A stretch of 64,000 bases of DNA from Dendrobates tinctorius (Eukaryota). Positions 20,701-43,017 of this stretch are shown here, piece by piece. The stretch's first letter is position 1, and every line of letters begins with the position of its first letter. The stretch is from contig NW_027362062.1 of the NCBI RefSeq assembly GCF_039654945.1, positions 3,100,001-3,164,000 of the forward strand. The letters are read 5' to 3'. Below the pieces are notes generated by a model. The model was not told the DNA's origin. It did no database searches and saw only the letters and a list, made by a program, of their open reading frames with translations. A program made the translations under genes and the position numbers.

Positions 20701-23411
20701 AAAAAGTTTTGAGAAGCCGTTTCATCACCATTAGGCCACGTTCACACTCTCAGTATTTGATCAGTATTTTACATCAGTATCTGTAAGCCAAAATCAGGAG
20801 TGGAACAATCAGAGGAAAAGTATAATAAAAATACGTCACCACTTCTGGATTTATCACCCACTCCTGGTTTTGGCTTACAAATACTGATGTAAAATACTGA
20901 CCGTGTGAACATGGCCTTACAATAACTCTTTATCTGCAAGTTTTTAAAAGAGGATTATTGGATTACGATATAATCAGTTATGGCATTTTATATAAAACAA
21001 ATAATCTAGTTGACAAGTTTAGCCACTTTGTGGATACATCGCATGACTTATGTTGTAGTGATCCGTCCCTGATATACAGCCTTTAGTAAGTGCTCCCAGA
21101 GCTGAATTCATGATTCAGCAAGTTGTTAATGGAAATTGTCAGTAGGCTTGTCGACAACCCACAATTCTAGTTAGCTTTTTCCTATTATCCAATAGTTCAT
21201 GTTGTAAAGCCAACTCTTTCCGGAAGGCAAATTACTAAGGGTCCCGTTTCACTTAGCGATGCACCAGAGATCCCGACAACGATACGACCTGTAGGGATCG
21301 CTGGTGCGTTGCTAAATGATCGCTAGTGAGCTGCCAAACAGGCAGATCTCTTCAGCGACGCAGCAAGGATCCAGCGATCAAACACCATGATGCATGCTGG
21401 CCAGCGGGACGCCGCCGACGAGAAAATGGCCCAGGACATTCCTGCACGATCAGCGATTTCCAGCCGGGGGGGGGGGGGGGGGGGGGGTCGCTGCTGCGTG
21501 TCACATGTAGCATTAGTGATCTCGCTATGTGAGACGGGGCCTTAAGGCAAATTCTATACAGATAGTAAGTCAGCAAACAATGCTGGGAAGAATTCAAAGC
21601 TGAAGCCGGCAGAATTGTAAATGCAGCTCTGGACTTTCCGAATATGATCACGTGTAGCTATGGACATAGGTTTTAGTCAGAATGATTTTATAAATCATTT
21701 ATGTAAAGGGGCTACCCATTGCGAACAAGATATCGCCTATACCCAAGATAGGTGAAAAATGACTGCGTGGCAGGAGTCTGACCGCTCGGCAAAAAGGGAC
21801 GGGGCACTTTTATTCCCATTACATAATGGGAGGAGCAAGTTGGATTCCCGACCGACGCTCCATTCATTCTCTATGGGGCTGAGGGGAAAAGTCAAGTGCT
21901 GCGTTTGCCAGCCTTAAAGAGAAGGAATGGAGCGGAGGTCGAGCATGCGCACTGCTGCTCCATTCTAACGGGGGTAAAAGTGCGCCACTCGTACCCCAGC
22001 GGTCAGACCCCCACCGATCAACAAGTTTTCACCTATCCTGTGCATAGCTGATAACTTCTTTTCACCAGACAACCCCTTTAAAATGGTCATTGTTCTTTTA
22101 AAAAAAACTTTGCATAAATCAATAGCACAAGAAAATATCACAAACGTAAGATATCTTTTCTCCACTCATGAGCCACATTCCTGCCTTACAAACCCCTTAA
22201 TCAGTCTGAAAAGCAGCTAAAATCCATCTTGCTCAAGACAAAACTGTCAGCTCAATGCATATCAGAATACAGCTGCCTTTTAAAGTCAATGCAGAGGGTA
22301 AAAGGAGGGGGAGCAGAGTGAAAATGAGAGGCAGAGAGACAATGCTGCTCCTTTCTAGTAAGTGATGAATGAAACCCGGTCACAAGGGAGCGCGAAGGGA
22401 GCTCCTCTCCCGAGGTACCCGGCTGGAGCTGCAGTGGACTCCCCTTAATTGACCGCCAGCTTGGTGCTCCACCTAGACCGTCCTTTCTGACTTTGCCTTT
22501 CTAGTAAGTGTTTTATTTAACACCAATATTGGATTTATAGTTAGACTACTCAGAATGGATGAATAATGTTCTCCATGCTGTTTATGTGCTACATAGAGGC
22601 AGGAGAACAAGAATTCCCCATGTCTCTGTGTGCTTCCTATAAGATATACAGTATGATGGCAGATTGTCTCCACCCACCAGCTCAGAGACAAGTGGAAATT
22701 GGAGGAAACATGCAGGATGCGAGTCACACATTGGCCAAAAATAGTTATTCTTCATGTATGGGTTATTTCCATTACCCACATCCACACTAGCGCCGGCTCT
22801 TTTACCTTAAGCCTCATTGTCATCCGTTGAGCAGCTAGGAGACCAGAGAGACTGATGGATTGTGTCGTTTTTTTGGGTTCTGTAGGTTTTGAAGGTCCTT
22901 CACTTAGCAGAGGTTTCACAGTTGAGGTTCCCCTGGAGCTTTGGGCGACTGCAGGCTTAAATAGACAAAGTACTGTAGAATTGATTATTATAACTGCCCC
23001 AATCCTCATATCCCCGCACCACAACGTACGCATAGGGGTAGTAAGAAAAGTTTAGCTCTATATTTATTAATGTGCCTTCTTTTTATCTGCACCCTTTACA
23101 ATTGGCGCAATCTGGCGTCATTTTAGAAATATGTAAAAACTGCAGCGGCAAAAACCACAGAGGCTAAAACCGCGGCAATTTTCAATAAAATGATAACTCA
23201 GCCTTACATAATATCAGACAGAATGTTTCTCCTTCTGCGCACAAAAGATCACAATGCAAAACTAATTAAGTCATTAAAGCCAAACGGCCTAATTACTTAG
23301 AAACAATAAGGCATTTCCATCAGCGGAAACGGTGACCTAGTGCTGACATCCATTATAGGTAGGAGAGATAAGCCCAATACTTATTGTTTGTCTTCTCGGA
23401 CTGGGCTCCAT
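17762..23411 (-). CDS. Tctex-1 domain dynein light chain (DYNLT5/TCTEX1D-like paralog)
   Basis: Last exon 18109-17762 encodes a complete Tctex-1 domain (..YDP..LTKNLCEDIKKMVR..PPRYKLIC..G......SQCLWD..SDN.....FQNSTMFCVVTVYAVYYE*). Phase-0 upstream exons 20697-20629 (NQAALRRKARARTPNRKPIINEQ) and 22948 or 22955-22806 (..SISLSGLLAAQRMTMRLK). Candidate start exon 23411-23381 (MEPSPRRQTI, phase 1, weak donor) is tentative. Confidence 0.8.
18190..18272 (+). ncRNA. Degenerate hammerhead ribozyme at the tip of a long hairpin
   Basis: TTGCA-CCGAGGA-GGGG TAATG CCCCCC-GAAAC-AC GT-GTC-TACAA; outer stem AGCCAAATCAG/CTGGTTTGGCT; the core has C instead of U at position 4. Confidence 0.55.
18595..19410. repeat. 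Diverged tandem triplication, about 285-bp unit
   Basis: Anchors TCTCTAG..GCT...GGATTACA at about 18595, 18885 and 19165; shared TCAAGAC..ATAAG..ATTGGAC...GGAAGTT.C.GCTC.TA. Confidence 0.8.
21239..21542. mobile_element. PIF/Harbinger-type MITE (family A)
   Basis: GGGTCCCGTTTCAC...GTGAGACGGGGCCT with TAA target-site duplication on both sides. Confidence 0.8.
21704..22081. mobile_element. T2/Kolobok-type MITE
   Basis: TAAAGGGG...CCCCTTTAA ends with an internal palindrome; similar elements at about 562-1072, 24127-24557 and 25597-25957. Confidence 0.6.
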
Positions 23412-26400
23412 GTCAAGGAATTAACCTCTAGAGACTTGAGTCTGGCGCGTTTCGGGACTCCCAAGTAGGTCATCACACACTACAGTTAGCAGTCCGCCGA
23501 ACGACAATTTGGTCAATCGTTCCGCCTGCGGGTATGTACCCCACAATTCCTCAGAGCCCCTCCGCCAGACTCCTCTAGCCAGGGCTTCTCGCCAAGAGCA
23601 AAAGGATAGGCAGGGTCCAGCCAACGTGTGCCTAATGCTGAGTTCACATGTTAAGCCTAATATGTATGGGGGCATTTAGTGTCACTATTGGTCTTTATAT
23701 GGCGACTGTCCAGTTAGGGTCCCTTCTTTCCATAAAGTGAGCCACTCGCCCCTTACAAATCATCTGTTGGTGACTACATACCAAGATCTATGTCTGTAAT
23801 ACAGATAAAGGGTGGTCAGAAGGCCCAGTGTTTAAGGTCATTTAAGAAGGCTTTTGAGGTGTATAATGTGTCTCGGGTGTAGGAAGAAATGACTTGTTAA
23901 TAAAGGTTTCTAGGTGGGGCTTCTGGAGTGCATGTAGAATGTGCTGGGGAGACGCCCCTCTATAATTGTCATCTATAGTAATAGTGAGACAATACCTAAA
24001 GGGATCATGCCATTTATTATCTTCCATCATTTGATAAATGTATGATCTATGGGGGGTCTAACCACTAGAACCCAATGATTCAGAAAGAGGTTCTCTAAGT
24101 CCACTATATAGACAGTGAGTGCTACATAAAGAGAACTTTTCACTGGATTTTTTAATTTAAACTGTCTCCCTCCTCCAATTGTGGCTGCTCCACTGATTCT
24201 GGAACAGTTTTCCTTTTTCTTCTGTGCCCCTGCGTTCCACAGTTATGACCGCCAAGGTAGTAATCATGTAAACTGCCCCTTAGATCGACTGGTCGTATAC
24301 AACAGAAGCTCTGTGGGAGGGGCTGTGTTTTGATTGGCCAGTGTCAGAGGAGAAAATGAAAAGTCTTGCAAAGAAGTTCTTTGGTACACAACCAGTCGGA
24401 GAAAGGGGAAATTTACACCGTTATTACTTGGGGCATAACTTTGGAGCGGAGGGCCACAGAAGAAAAAGGAAAGCTATTCCAAAATCAGGAAAGCGGCACC
24501 AATGGGAGGAGGTACACAGTGTAAATAAAAAAAATCCAGTGAAAGGTCATCTTTAAGGGATTATTTTATTAAAAAAAGTAATTCCCTTTCCGTTTGATAG
24601 GGATTAACTTGAGGGTCTGATCAACAGGATATACAGACCACTTTGTTCACATGCGATACTTTAAGACACCTGTTTTTCTGACCAGTGGGGGTAAAGCAGA
24701 TGGACCCTCAACAATCATACCTCTACTCCCTGTGTACAACCCCTTTATTGTAACCTAGATTAAATAAATTAATAAAAGGGCAACATCATAATGTGCCCCG
24801 GTCTTCCTCTTAATCGAATGAGCATAGCCCGCCGCCTTCTGCACCAATATTGGCGCTTCTCACAACGTTCTGCAGCACGAGCCCCATAACCCTGCATGCA
24901 TCAACACGTAGGGATCTGTACACACACGGCGTTTTGTGGTTCTTACATTTTTCACAGTTGCAGGATCACTATCCCGATTAGTTGCTCGAAAAGTTACACG
25001 TGATAGTTTCACGGCTCCGAGTTTCTTGCTCTCAATTGTGGCGTCCATAATTTTAGAGGATCTAAACACAAAAGCATCCAGAGTTGAGTTTGTAGTTAAC
25101 TTCTCTTTCATTGACATTTTAGCAAGAAAGAATCTTAGGTGAAGCAAGAAAAGGAAATGAAGTCCAACGCTTTAAATTAGTTTTGCAATTAGTTTTCATT
25201 AAAAATCTTTTTCAGAGCTCCTCTCAGCTGATTTATGATCTCGGAAAGTTTACTTCAACTTTAATGTGGTTTGACATCATAACTCGGCACAGAGAAGTCC
25301 AGTAAAAGACAGACAGAATAGCTAGAAACTCTTTGGCTAGAGTGAGCTCACTGAAAGATTCCCAGTTAACTCATTCTGCAGCCTGCATTGAAACAAAGAG
25401 TCTGTAAACGCGAAACGGTGCATCTATATATGTTGGATAGTAGTTTGATCATTTTTTTTGCAGTAGAGAAGTTTGGTAGAAAATAGTTGACTGCCAAATG
25501 ACTGACGTCTATCTAAGGTCTATGGCCAAGAAAGGAAGACAGCTTCTTCCACCTGAAAAAATTCAGCAAATCAACAGAAATAGGTTATATTTAACGAGGG
25601 TCTGTTACTTGCAATAAATATATATATTATTTTTTAAACTTGGTGTACGGTAAATGCCGCTGTTCTCCTGAATCCGGCGTTTATTTTCTTTCGTTCCTGA
25701 GATATGGCTTCTTCTTCCTTTATATAAAAATGTATTCTTGTTAGCCAAGTGGGTGTGGTTATCGAAGAACACACCCATAAATAGGACTTGACAACCACAC
25801 ATCTTTAGCTAATGAGTAAATTTATATAAAAGAGGAGGCCATATCTCAGGAATGGAGGGGCATAGGCACAAAAGAAAAACGGCGCCGGATTCAGGAGAAC
25901 AGCGACATTTACACCATGCAAAAAAAATAAAATATTTATGACAAGTGACGGGTCCTTGAGAAGGTTGTTTCCTTTTATTAATTTAGAAAATCATTGGAGC
26001 ATGTCATTTGCCAGGACTGTCCAAGCTTATGCGCATGACTCTATCAATTAGGCCACACATGGAATCCGATCCCATCAGAGAACAATATGAACTCTGTTCA
26101 CAAAGAGTAACTTTACTCTATAAGTGCTAAGTATCTTAAAGGGGATGTCCAGGAATAGAACAATATGGCTGCTTTCAATTAAAAACCATGTCTGCTCCAC
26201 CACTGACCATGGGTGGTGTATTGCAATTCAGCCTCCTTGAAGAAAATGGAGCTAAGTTGCAGTACCACACACAGCCTGTAGTCAGGGGTGGTGCTATTTC
26301 TGAAAAAAAAAGCTTGGTGTTTTTTTATCGAATCCAGAACAAAAAATGTAATTAGAAAACTTCCTTTTACCCAGTGCACCATTTTCTCTAGTATATTCTG

Positions 26401-27735
26401 ATTCCTACTCTTATTGACAAAAATATGGAGCCCCATAAGGGACACTTCCACTGAAATCTTTCCAAAACACCATTTATCCAGGCAAAGTTTTCCTACACAT
26501 TTCGAACCTTATTCCCAGGTTCTTCATCATTTACTTTGATTAAAAACCAAGGAGTAGGGTGTAACGCGTGGGAAAATTGCGAGGGCCCACCTGCCATGAC
26601 AAGGTGACCTCATTAAAGCTGACCCTACACTAATATCTGCCGATCCCCCAGACATGCGCGTGCACTTAAACCTTTCCCTTTGCATTGGGGAAAAGGTAGG
26701 ACATCCCCTTACACATTAGATAGTCAACTGCTCCCACTGAATAATGGCCAACAAATCCAACATTAATCTATTGTTTATATCCAGCAGCAATTTTGCTCCT
26801 TTAAGGACTTTTTTTTTTTTTTTTACTTAAATGCTAAAAATAATTTTTACAATTGGGTTTTATTAACACTTAAGCCACATTTTGCTGTTACAGGCTCTTT
26901 GTTTCGCTACACATTCAACTTTGATGTGGTCTGTGGTCAGAAGTCAACTTAGAGGAGCTAAAAAATAAAAAAAAAAAAATGTAAGAGTTGCAAACTTCCC
27001 CATTAGACCATCATACTGGGCTCACTGATAGATCCTCAGTTAGCTCATTCTGCAGCTAGAAATAGACACCGCAAACGCAGAGGATAGAGAATGCAAACCG
27101 TGCAAATTTTTAGAATGATATCCAACTGCAAAAATTATATCTAGTCCCAAATGCTTGTGTTTAAGTAAGAAAAAAAATGTAATAATGTGATTTAAAATGA
27201 TTTCAATATTCAGTATTTGCATGTGTGTGTGTTCTGCCCCCAGACTCTACAGATTTACCATGGTGCGTGTTGCTCTTACAATTGGCAGATATTGTTTGTG
27301 CTCTTACATCCGTTCCTCCGTCGCCGCTGTGACTTCTGGATGAGCCCCTTCCAGCGTCCGATCCCGAGATCGCCCTGCAGCGAGCGGTGAAGCAGACTGG
27401 CCGCTTCCTGGAGGAGCGTTTAATACTCGGCTGTGTTTACACGTAGGTTTCCAACGCTCTTGAGTCGCTATCAATTACACTTTTATTTTGACGACTTCAT
27501 TCGGCTGCTGGTTCTGCAAACATAACAACAGAACGGGCGAGTTATGGACGCCGATACAGGGCGTGATTAACCCCTAATGCAACAGCCAGTTTTAGCCTTA
27601 AAGGGACATCAGAAAATGACCTTTTGTTTCAATCAGACCTTTTATTAAATGTATTTTTCTATCTATATTTTGGCAATTTTTTTGTATTTATAAATCAATA
27701 TATCTAAAAAAAAAAAAAATATATATGTATGTAAG

Positions 27736-27774
<39 letters not shown>

Positions 27775-28002
27775 TATATATTTTTTTTTTTAGCAACCTT
27801 ACAAGATTTATGGTGACCACTGGGGCTGTTTTTAGTCTATTCCTGTTTTATTTTTTACAGAAGATTTTTCAAAGGTCTCATTATCATCACAGGCAGGATT
27901 ACTATGACCGGTAACATCTCTATAAACAGCTGATAACACGGGATCCACCAATCATAATAAACGATGTCACAGTTCACCTCCTCCCTTCACAACCTTGACC
28001 TG

Positions 28003-29243
28003 ACTGCAGGAGTGATTTTGGTCCACTCCTCCATACAGATCTTCCAGGTTTCGGGGCTGTCGCTGGGCAACATTGAGTTTCAGTTCCCTCCAAATAGTTT
28101 CTAATGGGTTCAGGTCTGGAGACTGGCTAGACCACTCCAGGACCTTGAAATACTTCTTATGGAGACAGAGCTTAGTTGCACTAGCTCTGTTTCAGGTCAT
28201 TGTCATGTTGGAAAACCCAGCCACAACCCATATTCAATGCTCTTACTGAGGGAAGGAGGTTGTTGGCCAAAATCTTGCGATACATGACCCCATTCATCCT
28301 CCCTTCAATACGGTGCAGTCATCCTGTCCCCTTGCAGAAATGCACTCCCAAAATACAATGTTTCCCCCACCATGCTTTACAGTTGGGACGGTGTTCTTGG
28401 GGTTGTACTCATCCTTCTTCTTCCTCCAAACACGGCGCATGGAGTTGATACTAAAAAGTTCTATTTTGGTCTCATCTGACCACATGACCTTCACCTATGC
28501 CTCCTCTGGATCATCTAGATGGTCACTGGCAAACTTCAAATGGGCCTGGACATGTGCTGGTGTGAGAGGGGGAACCTTACGTGCCCTGCAGGATTTTAAT
28601 GCATGATGGTGTAGTGTGTTACTAACGGTAATGTTTGAGACTGTGGTCCCAGCTCTATTCAGGTCATTGACCAGGTCCTCCTGTGTAGTTCTGGGCTGAT
28701 TCCTGACCTTTCTCAGAATCATCCTTACCCCACGAGAAGAGATCTTGCATGGAGCCACAGACCAAGGAAAATTGACAGTTATCTTGTATTTATTCCATTT
28801 TCTAATAATTGTTCCAACAGTTGTTGCCTTCTCATCAAGCTGCTTGCCTATTGTCCTGTAGCCCATCCCAGCCTTGTGCAGGTCTACAATTTTGACCCAG
28901 GTGTCCTTAGACAGCACTTTGGTCTTGGCCATGGTGGAGAGGTTGGTATGTGATTGATTGTGTGCAAAAGTGTCTTTTATACAGGTACCGTAACAAGTTA
29001 TAACAGGTGCAGTTAATACAGGGAATGAGTGCAGAGTAGGAGGGTTTCTTAAAGAGAAACCAACAGGTCTGTGAGACGCAGAATTCATGCAATTTATTTA
29101 ATGCAATAAAATGCAATTTAATTATTTAAAAATCATATAATGTGAATTTCTGTTTTTATTTGTTAGATTTTGACTTTCACAGTTGAAGTGTACCTATAAT
29201 AAAAACTACAGACCTCTCCATTGTTTATAAGTGGGAAAACTTG
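28003..29243 (-). mobile_element. Decayed Tc1 transposon (stop/frameshift-disrupted transposase, 3'-truncated)
   Basis: ORFs 28495-29088 (MAKTK.LSKD...[14 protein letters not shown]) and 28294-28494 (WSDETKIELF...PKNTVPTVKHGGG). Confidence 0.88.
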
Positions 29244-29255
29244 AGATAATAAATA

Positions 29256-29293
<38 letters not shown>

Positions 29294-29296
<3 letters not shown>

Positions 29297-30887
29297 TGCC
29301 TACAAGTAGTATTCAACCCCCTGCAGATTTAGCAGGTTTGATAAGATGCAAATAAGTTAGAGCCTTCAAACTTCACACAAGAGCAGGATTTATTAACAGA
29401 TGCATAAATCTTACAAACCAAAAAGTTATGTTGCTCAGTTAAATTTTAATAAATTTTAAACATAAAAGTGTGGGTCAATTATTATTCAACCCCTAGGTTT
29501 AATATTTTGTGGAATAACCCTTGTTTGCAATTACAGCTAATAATCGTCTTTTATAAGACCTGATCAGGCCGGCACAGGTCTCTGGAGTTATCTTGGCCCA
29601 CTCCTCCATGCAGATCTTCTCCAAGTTATCTAGGTTCTTTGGGTGTCTCATGTGGACTTTAATCTTGAGCTCCTTCCACAAGTTTTCAATTGGGTTAAGG
29701 TCAGGAGACTGACTAGGCCACTGCAACACCTTGATTTTTTCCCTCTTGAACCAGGCCTTGGTTTTCTTGGCTGTGTGCTTTGGGTCGTTGTCTTGTTGGA
29801 AGATGAAATGACGACCCATCTTAAGATCCTTGATGGAGGAGCGGAGGTTCTTGGCCAAAATCTCCAGGTAGGCCGTGCTATCCATCTTCCCATGGATGCG
29901 GACCAGATGGCCAGGCCCCTTGGCTGAGAAACAGCCCCACAGCATGATGCTGCCACCACCATGCTTGACTGTAGGGAAGGTATTCTTGGGGTCGTATGCA
30001 GTGCCATCCAGTCTCCAAACGTCACGTGTGTGGTTGGCACAAAAGATCTCGATCTTGGTCTCATCAGACCAGAGAACCTTGAACCAGTCTGTCTCAGAGT
30101 CCTCCAAGTGATCATGAGCAAACTGTAGATGAGCCTTGACATGACGCTTTGAAAGTAAAGGTACATTACGGGCTCGTCTGGAACGGAGACCATTGTGGTG
30201 GAGTACGTTACTTATGGTATTGACTGAAACCAATGTCCCCACTGCCATGAGATCTTCCTGGAGCTCCTTCCTTGTTGTCCTTGGGTTAGCCTTGACTCTT
30301 CGGACAAGCCTGGCCTCGGCACGGGAGGAAACTTTCAAAGGCTGTCCAGGCCGTGGAAGGCTAACAGTAGTTCCATAAGCCTTCCACTTCCGGATGATGC
30401 TCCCAACAGTGGAGACAGGTAGGCCCAACTCCTTGGAAAGGGTTTTGTACCCCTTGCCAGCCTTGTGACCCTCCACGATCTTGTCTCTGATGGCCTTGGA
30501 ATGCTCCTTTGTCTTTCCCATGTTGACCATGTATGAGTGCTGTTCACAAGTTTGGGGAGGGTCTTAAATAGTCAGAAAAGGCTGGAAAAAGAGATAATTA
30601 ATCCAAACATGTGAAGCTCATTGTTCTTTGTGCCTGAAATACTTCTTAATACTTTAGGGGAACCAAACAGAATTCTGGTGGTTTGAGGGGTTGAATAATA
30701 AATGACCCTCTGAATAAACTTTTCACAATTTAAAAAAAAATTAAACAAAGAAATAACATTCTTTTTTGCTGCAGTGCATTTCACACTTCCAGGCTGATCT
30801 ACAGTCCAAATGTCACAATGCCAAGTTAATTCCGAATGTGTAAACCTGCTAAATCTGCAGGGGGTTGAATACTACTTGTAGGCACTG
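29294..30887 (-). mobile_element. Full-length Tc1 DNA transposon (1594 bp) in a (TA)n tract
   Basis: Identical 46-bp TIRs CAGTGCCTACAAGTAGTATTCAACCCCCTGCAGATTTAGCAGGTTT, TA on both sides; inner repeats TATTCAACCCC about 190-200 bp from each end. Confidence 0.96.
29499..30530 (-). CDS. Intact Tc1 DD34E transposase (340-343 aa)
   Basis: Uninterrupted ORF; N-terminal HTH region, WSDETK, PTVKHGGG, FQQDNDPKH, SPDLNPIENLW; 34 residues between the second D and E. Confidence 0.95.
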   Translation of the reverse strand: MVNMGKTKEHSKAIRDKIVEGHKAGKGYKTLSKELGLPVSTVGSIIRKWKAYGTTVSLPRPGQPLKVSSRAEARLVRRVKANPRTTRKELQEDLMAVGTLVSVNTISNVLHHNGLRSRRARNVPLLSKRHVKAHLQFAHDHLEDSETDWFKVLWSDETKIEIFCANHTRDVWRLDGTAYDPKNTFPTVKHGGGSIMLWGCFSAKGPGHLVRIHGKMDSTAYLEILAKNLRSSIKDLKMGRHFIFQQDNDPKHTAKKTKAWFKREKIKVLQWPSQSPDLNPIENLWKELKIKVHMRHPKNLDNLEKICMEEWAKITPETCAGLIRSYKRRLLAVIANKGYSTKY

Positions 30888-30916
30888 TATATATATATTA
30901 TGTGTGTGTGTGTGTA

Positions 30917-31096
30917 CAAGTGCTTTTGGGTTCTCATTGGCTGTAAGCCATAATCATCAACATTAACAGAAATAAACACGTGAAATGGATCACTCTGTGT
31001 GTAATGATTCTATATAATATGAGTTTCGCCTTTTGTATTGAAGAACTGAAATAAATTAACTTTTTGATGACATTCTGATTTTGAGAGAAGCACTTG
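30917..31096. mobile_element. Short non-autonomous Tc1-type element
   Basis: TA-CAAGTGCTT...AAGCACTTG-TA termini. Confidence 0.6.
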
Positions 31097-31574
31097 TAGG
31101 TTCCTACAGAAAAGACCAGACAGTGATCCTATGTAAGCCTTGAAATTCTCTCGCCTGACATCATATTCGGTGAATTAGTAGTAAAGTTTGAGTTTTATCA
31201 GAAGAGACTAAACCCATGTGCTTCCAATGCCTAATATAGCCTAGATGACATAATGTTGCATTGGAGCAAAATACGCTGTGCGCCCCCAAAACTACGGTCG
31301 TCCCAACCACGGATATGCTGGAGTTGAGCTGCCATAAAATAAACCCACAGGTTTGGAACAGCCGGGTCACCAGCACTTTTATCTCTTTGTAATCTTTACA
31401 TTCTGATTTGTGGAGTTTGCTTCCCCCAAATCAATTTAAAAAATCAGTTGAGGCATCCGGATCATTTTGATTAAATTAGTGCGTCCCAGCACAGGCAATG
31501 GTGATCTAAACCAGGCGCTGGTATATTAATGCCCAAATATTTAAATTCAGAGACCACTTTCAAACCAGAATTAG

Positions 31575-31675
31575 TATAGTGTTTCCATTGTCCAATGGCA
31601 GCAGATCCGATTGATTCCAATTGATCACTAAACCTGAACACCTCCCAAATTTTTCAATGGTCTTCATCGCTACAG
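31575..31675 (-). mobile_element. L1/Tx1 LINE reverse transcriptase fragment
   Basis: Translation IEKFGRCSGLVINWNQSDLLPL resembles the C-terminal RT motif F...SGL.IN..KS..LPL. A further probable L1 ORF2 3' remnant lies at about 33780-34500 (+). Confidence 0.55.
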
Positions 31676-33481
31676 TTGGTGTGGTGGGTAAATTTCTAGA
31701 AATGGGGACTACGGACCCTCCACTTCCATTTACTGGGAACTTAATAAACATTTATTATAACTCCACTATGTAAATATAACATTTGCATTAAGTTTCCTTT
31801 TTGAGGTTTTAGACTAATTATTGTTTCATAAGAAAGAAAAAATGTCAGTCCAGCTATCCTGTGGAAAAGCAAAGTCCGGCTCAGCCGCATGCACTTATTA
31901 GAAATCAGCTATTCTGTGGTTATAAATGAGATCGGCTGCAGAGAAACCTGAGATGAAATGTTTGGCAAAGGTCCCGATTGTATGTGAGTGATGGTCCCGT
32001 TTCATTAGGGCATACGTCCGAACACCCACCCCACACACACAAAAGATTTTGAAAAAAAATTGCGTGATGGAAAAAAAGAAACGGCATATGACTTCTCTCA
32101 AGCTTAACTCGAAGGAAGCCTCTCTAAATGAAGCACTGTGCAGGGGTGTGATAGGAAGGTTAGCAGAACGATTAGTCCTGGACTAGTCACCCACTGATCT
32201 GCATATCCCTGGCTAAATTAATTGATTTTATGGAAATTCATGAAACTGAAAACAAAAGAAAGGAGAGCGTTGGAAGCAATAGAAAGATTGGGGTAAAGAC
32301 ATTCAGGTCAGTTTGTGGGACATGAAGAAGCGGTCACCGTTCCCTTTAAATGCTTGGACGTTTACCCCTCCCTATCCTGTGACATACTATTACACAGTGG
32401 CAAAGATGCACTTAACTTGTTTTTACTGTACAACCCCTTATTTACCTATCCACTGGTTAACTTATTGAACTTTTATCTCGTTACAAGGAGGCATCATGGT
32501 CGACTCGACCACAGCTCCATTCATTCCCAATGTCGCTGCTGAGCGCTACCCTTTTTTTGTGTCAGCCCATTAAAAAATGAATGGAGCAGCGGTCAGACAT
32601 TCAATCTTCATGGAGGTAAATGTTTCCGATCTGTGCACATCCCAGCAGTTAAACCCTCACCGATCTATAAGTTATCAGCTTTCTGGTGGATAGGTGATAA
32701 CTTTTTTTCACTGAAGAACCCTTTTTAATGTAAACCACTGTAGTTGTACATCACACCTGTGGTGTGGTCACAGTAGATGTGCAGGAGCCCCCCGTATTTT
32801 ACAGTCAACGCCCCACTCTACTGCCTAAAAGCTAAAAGATATTGGCATGTAGCCTTAGTGCCGGCCCTTAGGCTCAATATTACCTGTGGACCCTGAGCAC
32901 CCTAGTCTAACGCTACCTGTAGTAATGTGGAGGTGTCCCAATATATTTGGCCATATCAGGAGCAGACATATCATTGGTGCAACCAGTACAACTGCACAGG
33001 GGCCCTAGAGGTAAGGGGGCTCATTTCTACCTCCAAAGCAGGGGAAATTGTACATTATGAGCTCTTGGGCTGCAAAGGGCCCATATATTGTTCTTGCACA
33101 GGGGGGGCCCTCTGCTGTCTGTCTGCCAGTGGTGCATATCTATGGGTATTAAGGACTGACGTGTACTATAGGATGATAATGCACATCACTGATGCTTCTT
33201 CCTACTGCTGTGCACTTTGCACACCATTATGGATGTTTGCCCTCCTCATCATCAGAATAAGCCCCGGATATCTCCCAGTGATTTCATGCAGGTAGTATGA
33301 TAGCGTAAATCCCGGGACACCCGATACACATCAGAACATCGAGGGTGGAGAGAAAAGTGAGATCAAGTTCCCATTCAGATATCGGATAAATTATTAATCC
33401 TATAGCAGCTCCGTGTCTGTGACTCTTATCTGTGCTGGAGGCTGAGAGCGGTGGATATATTACAGTCCTAGCCGTTGCAAT

Positions 33482-43017
<9,536 letters not shown>

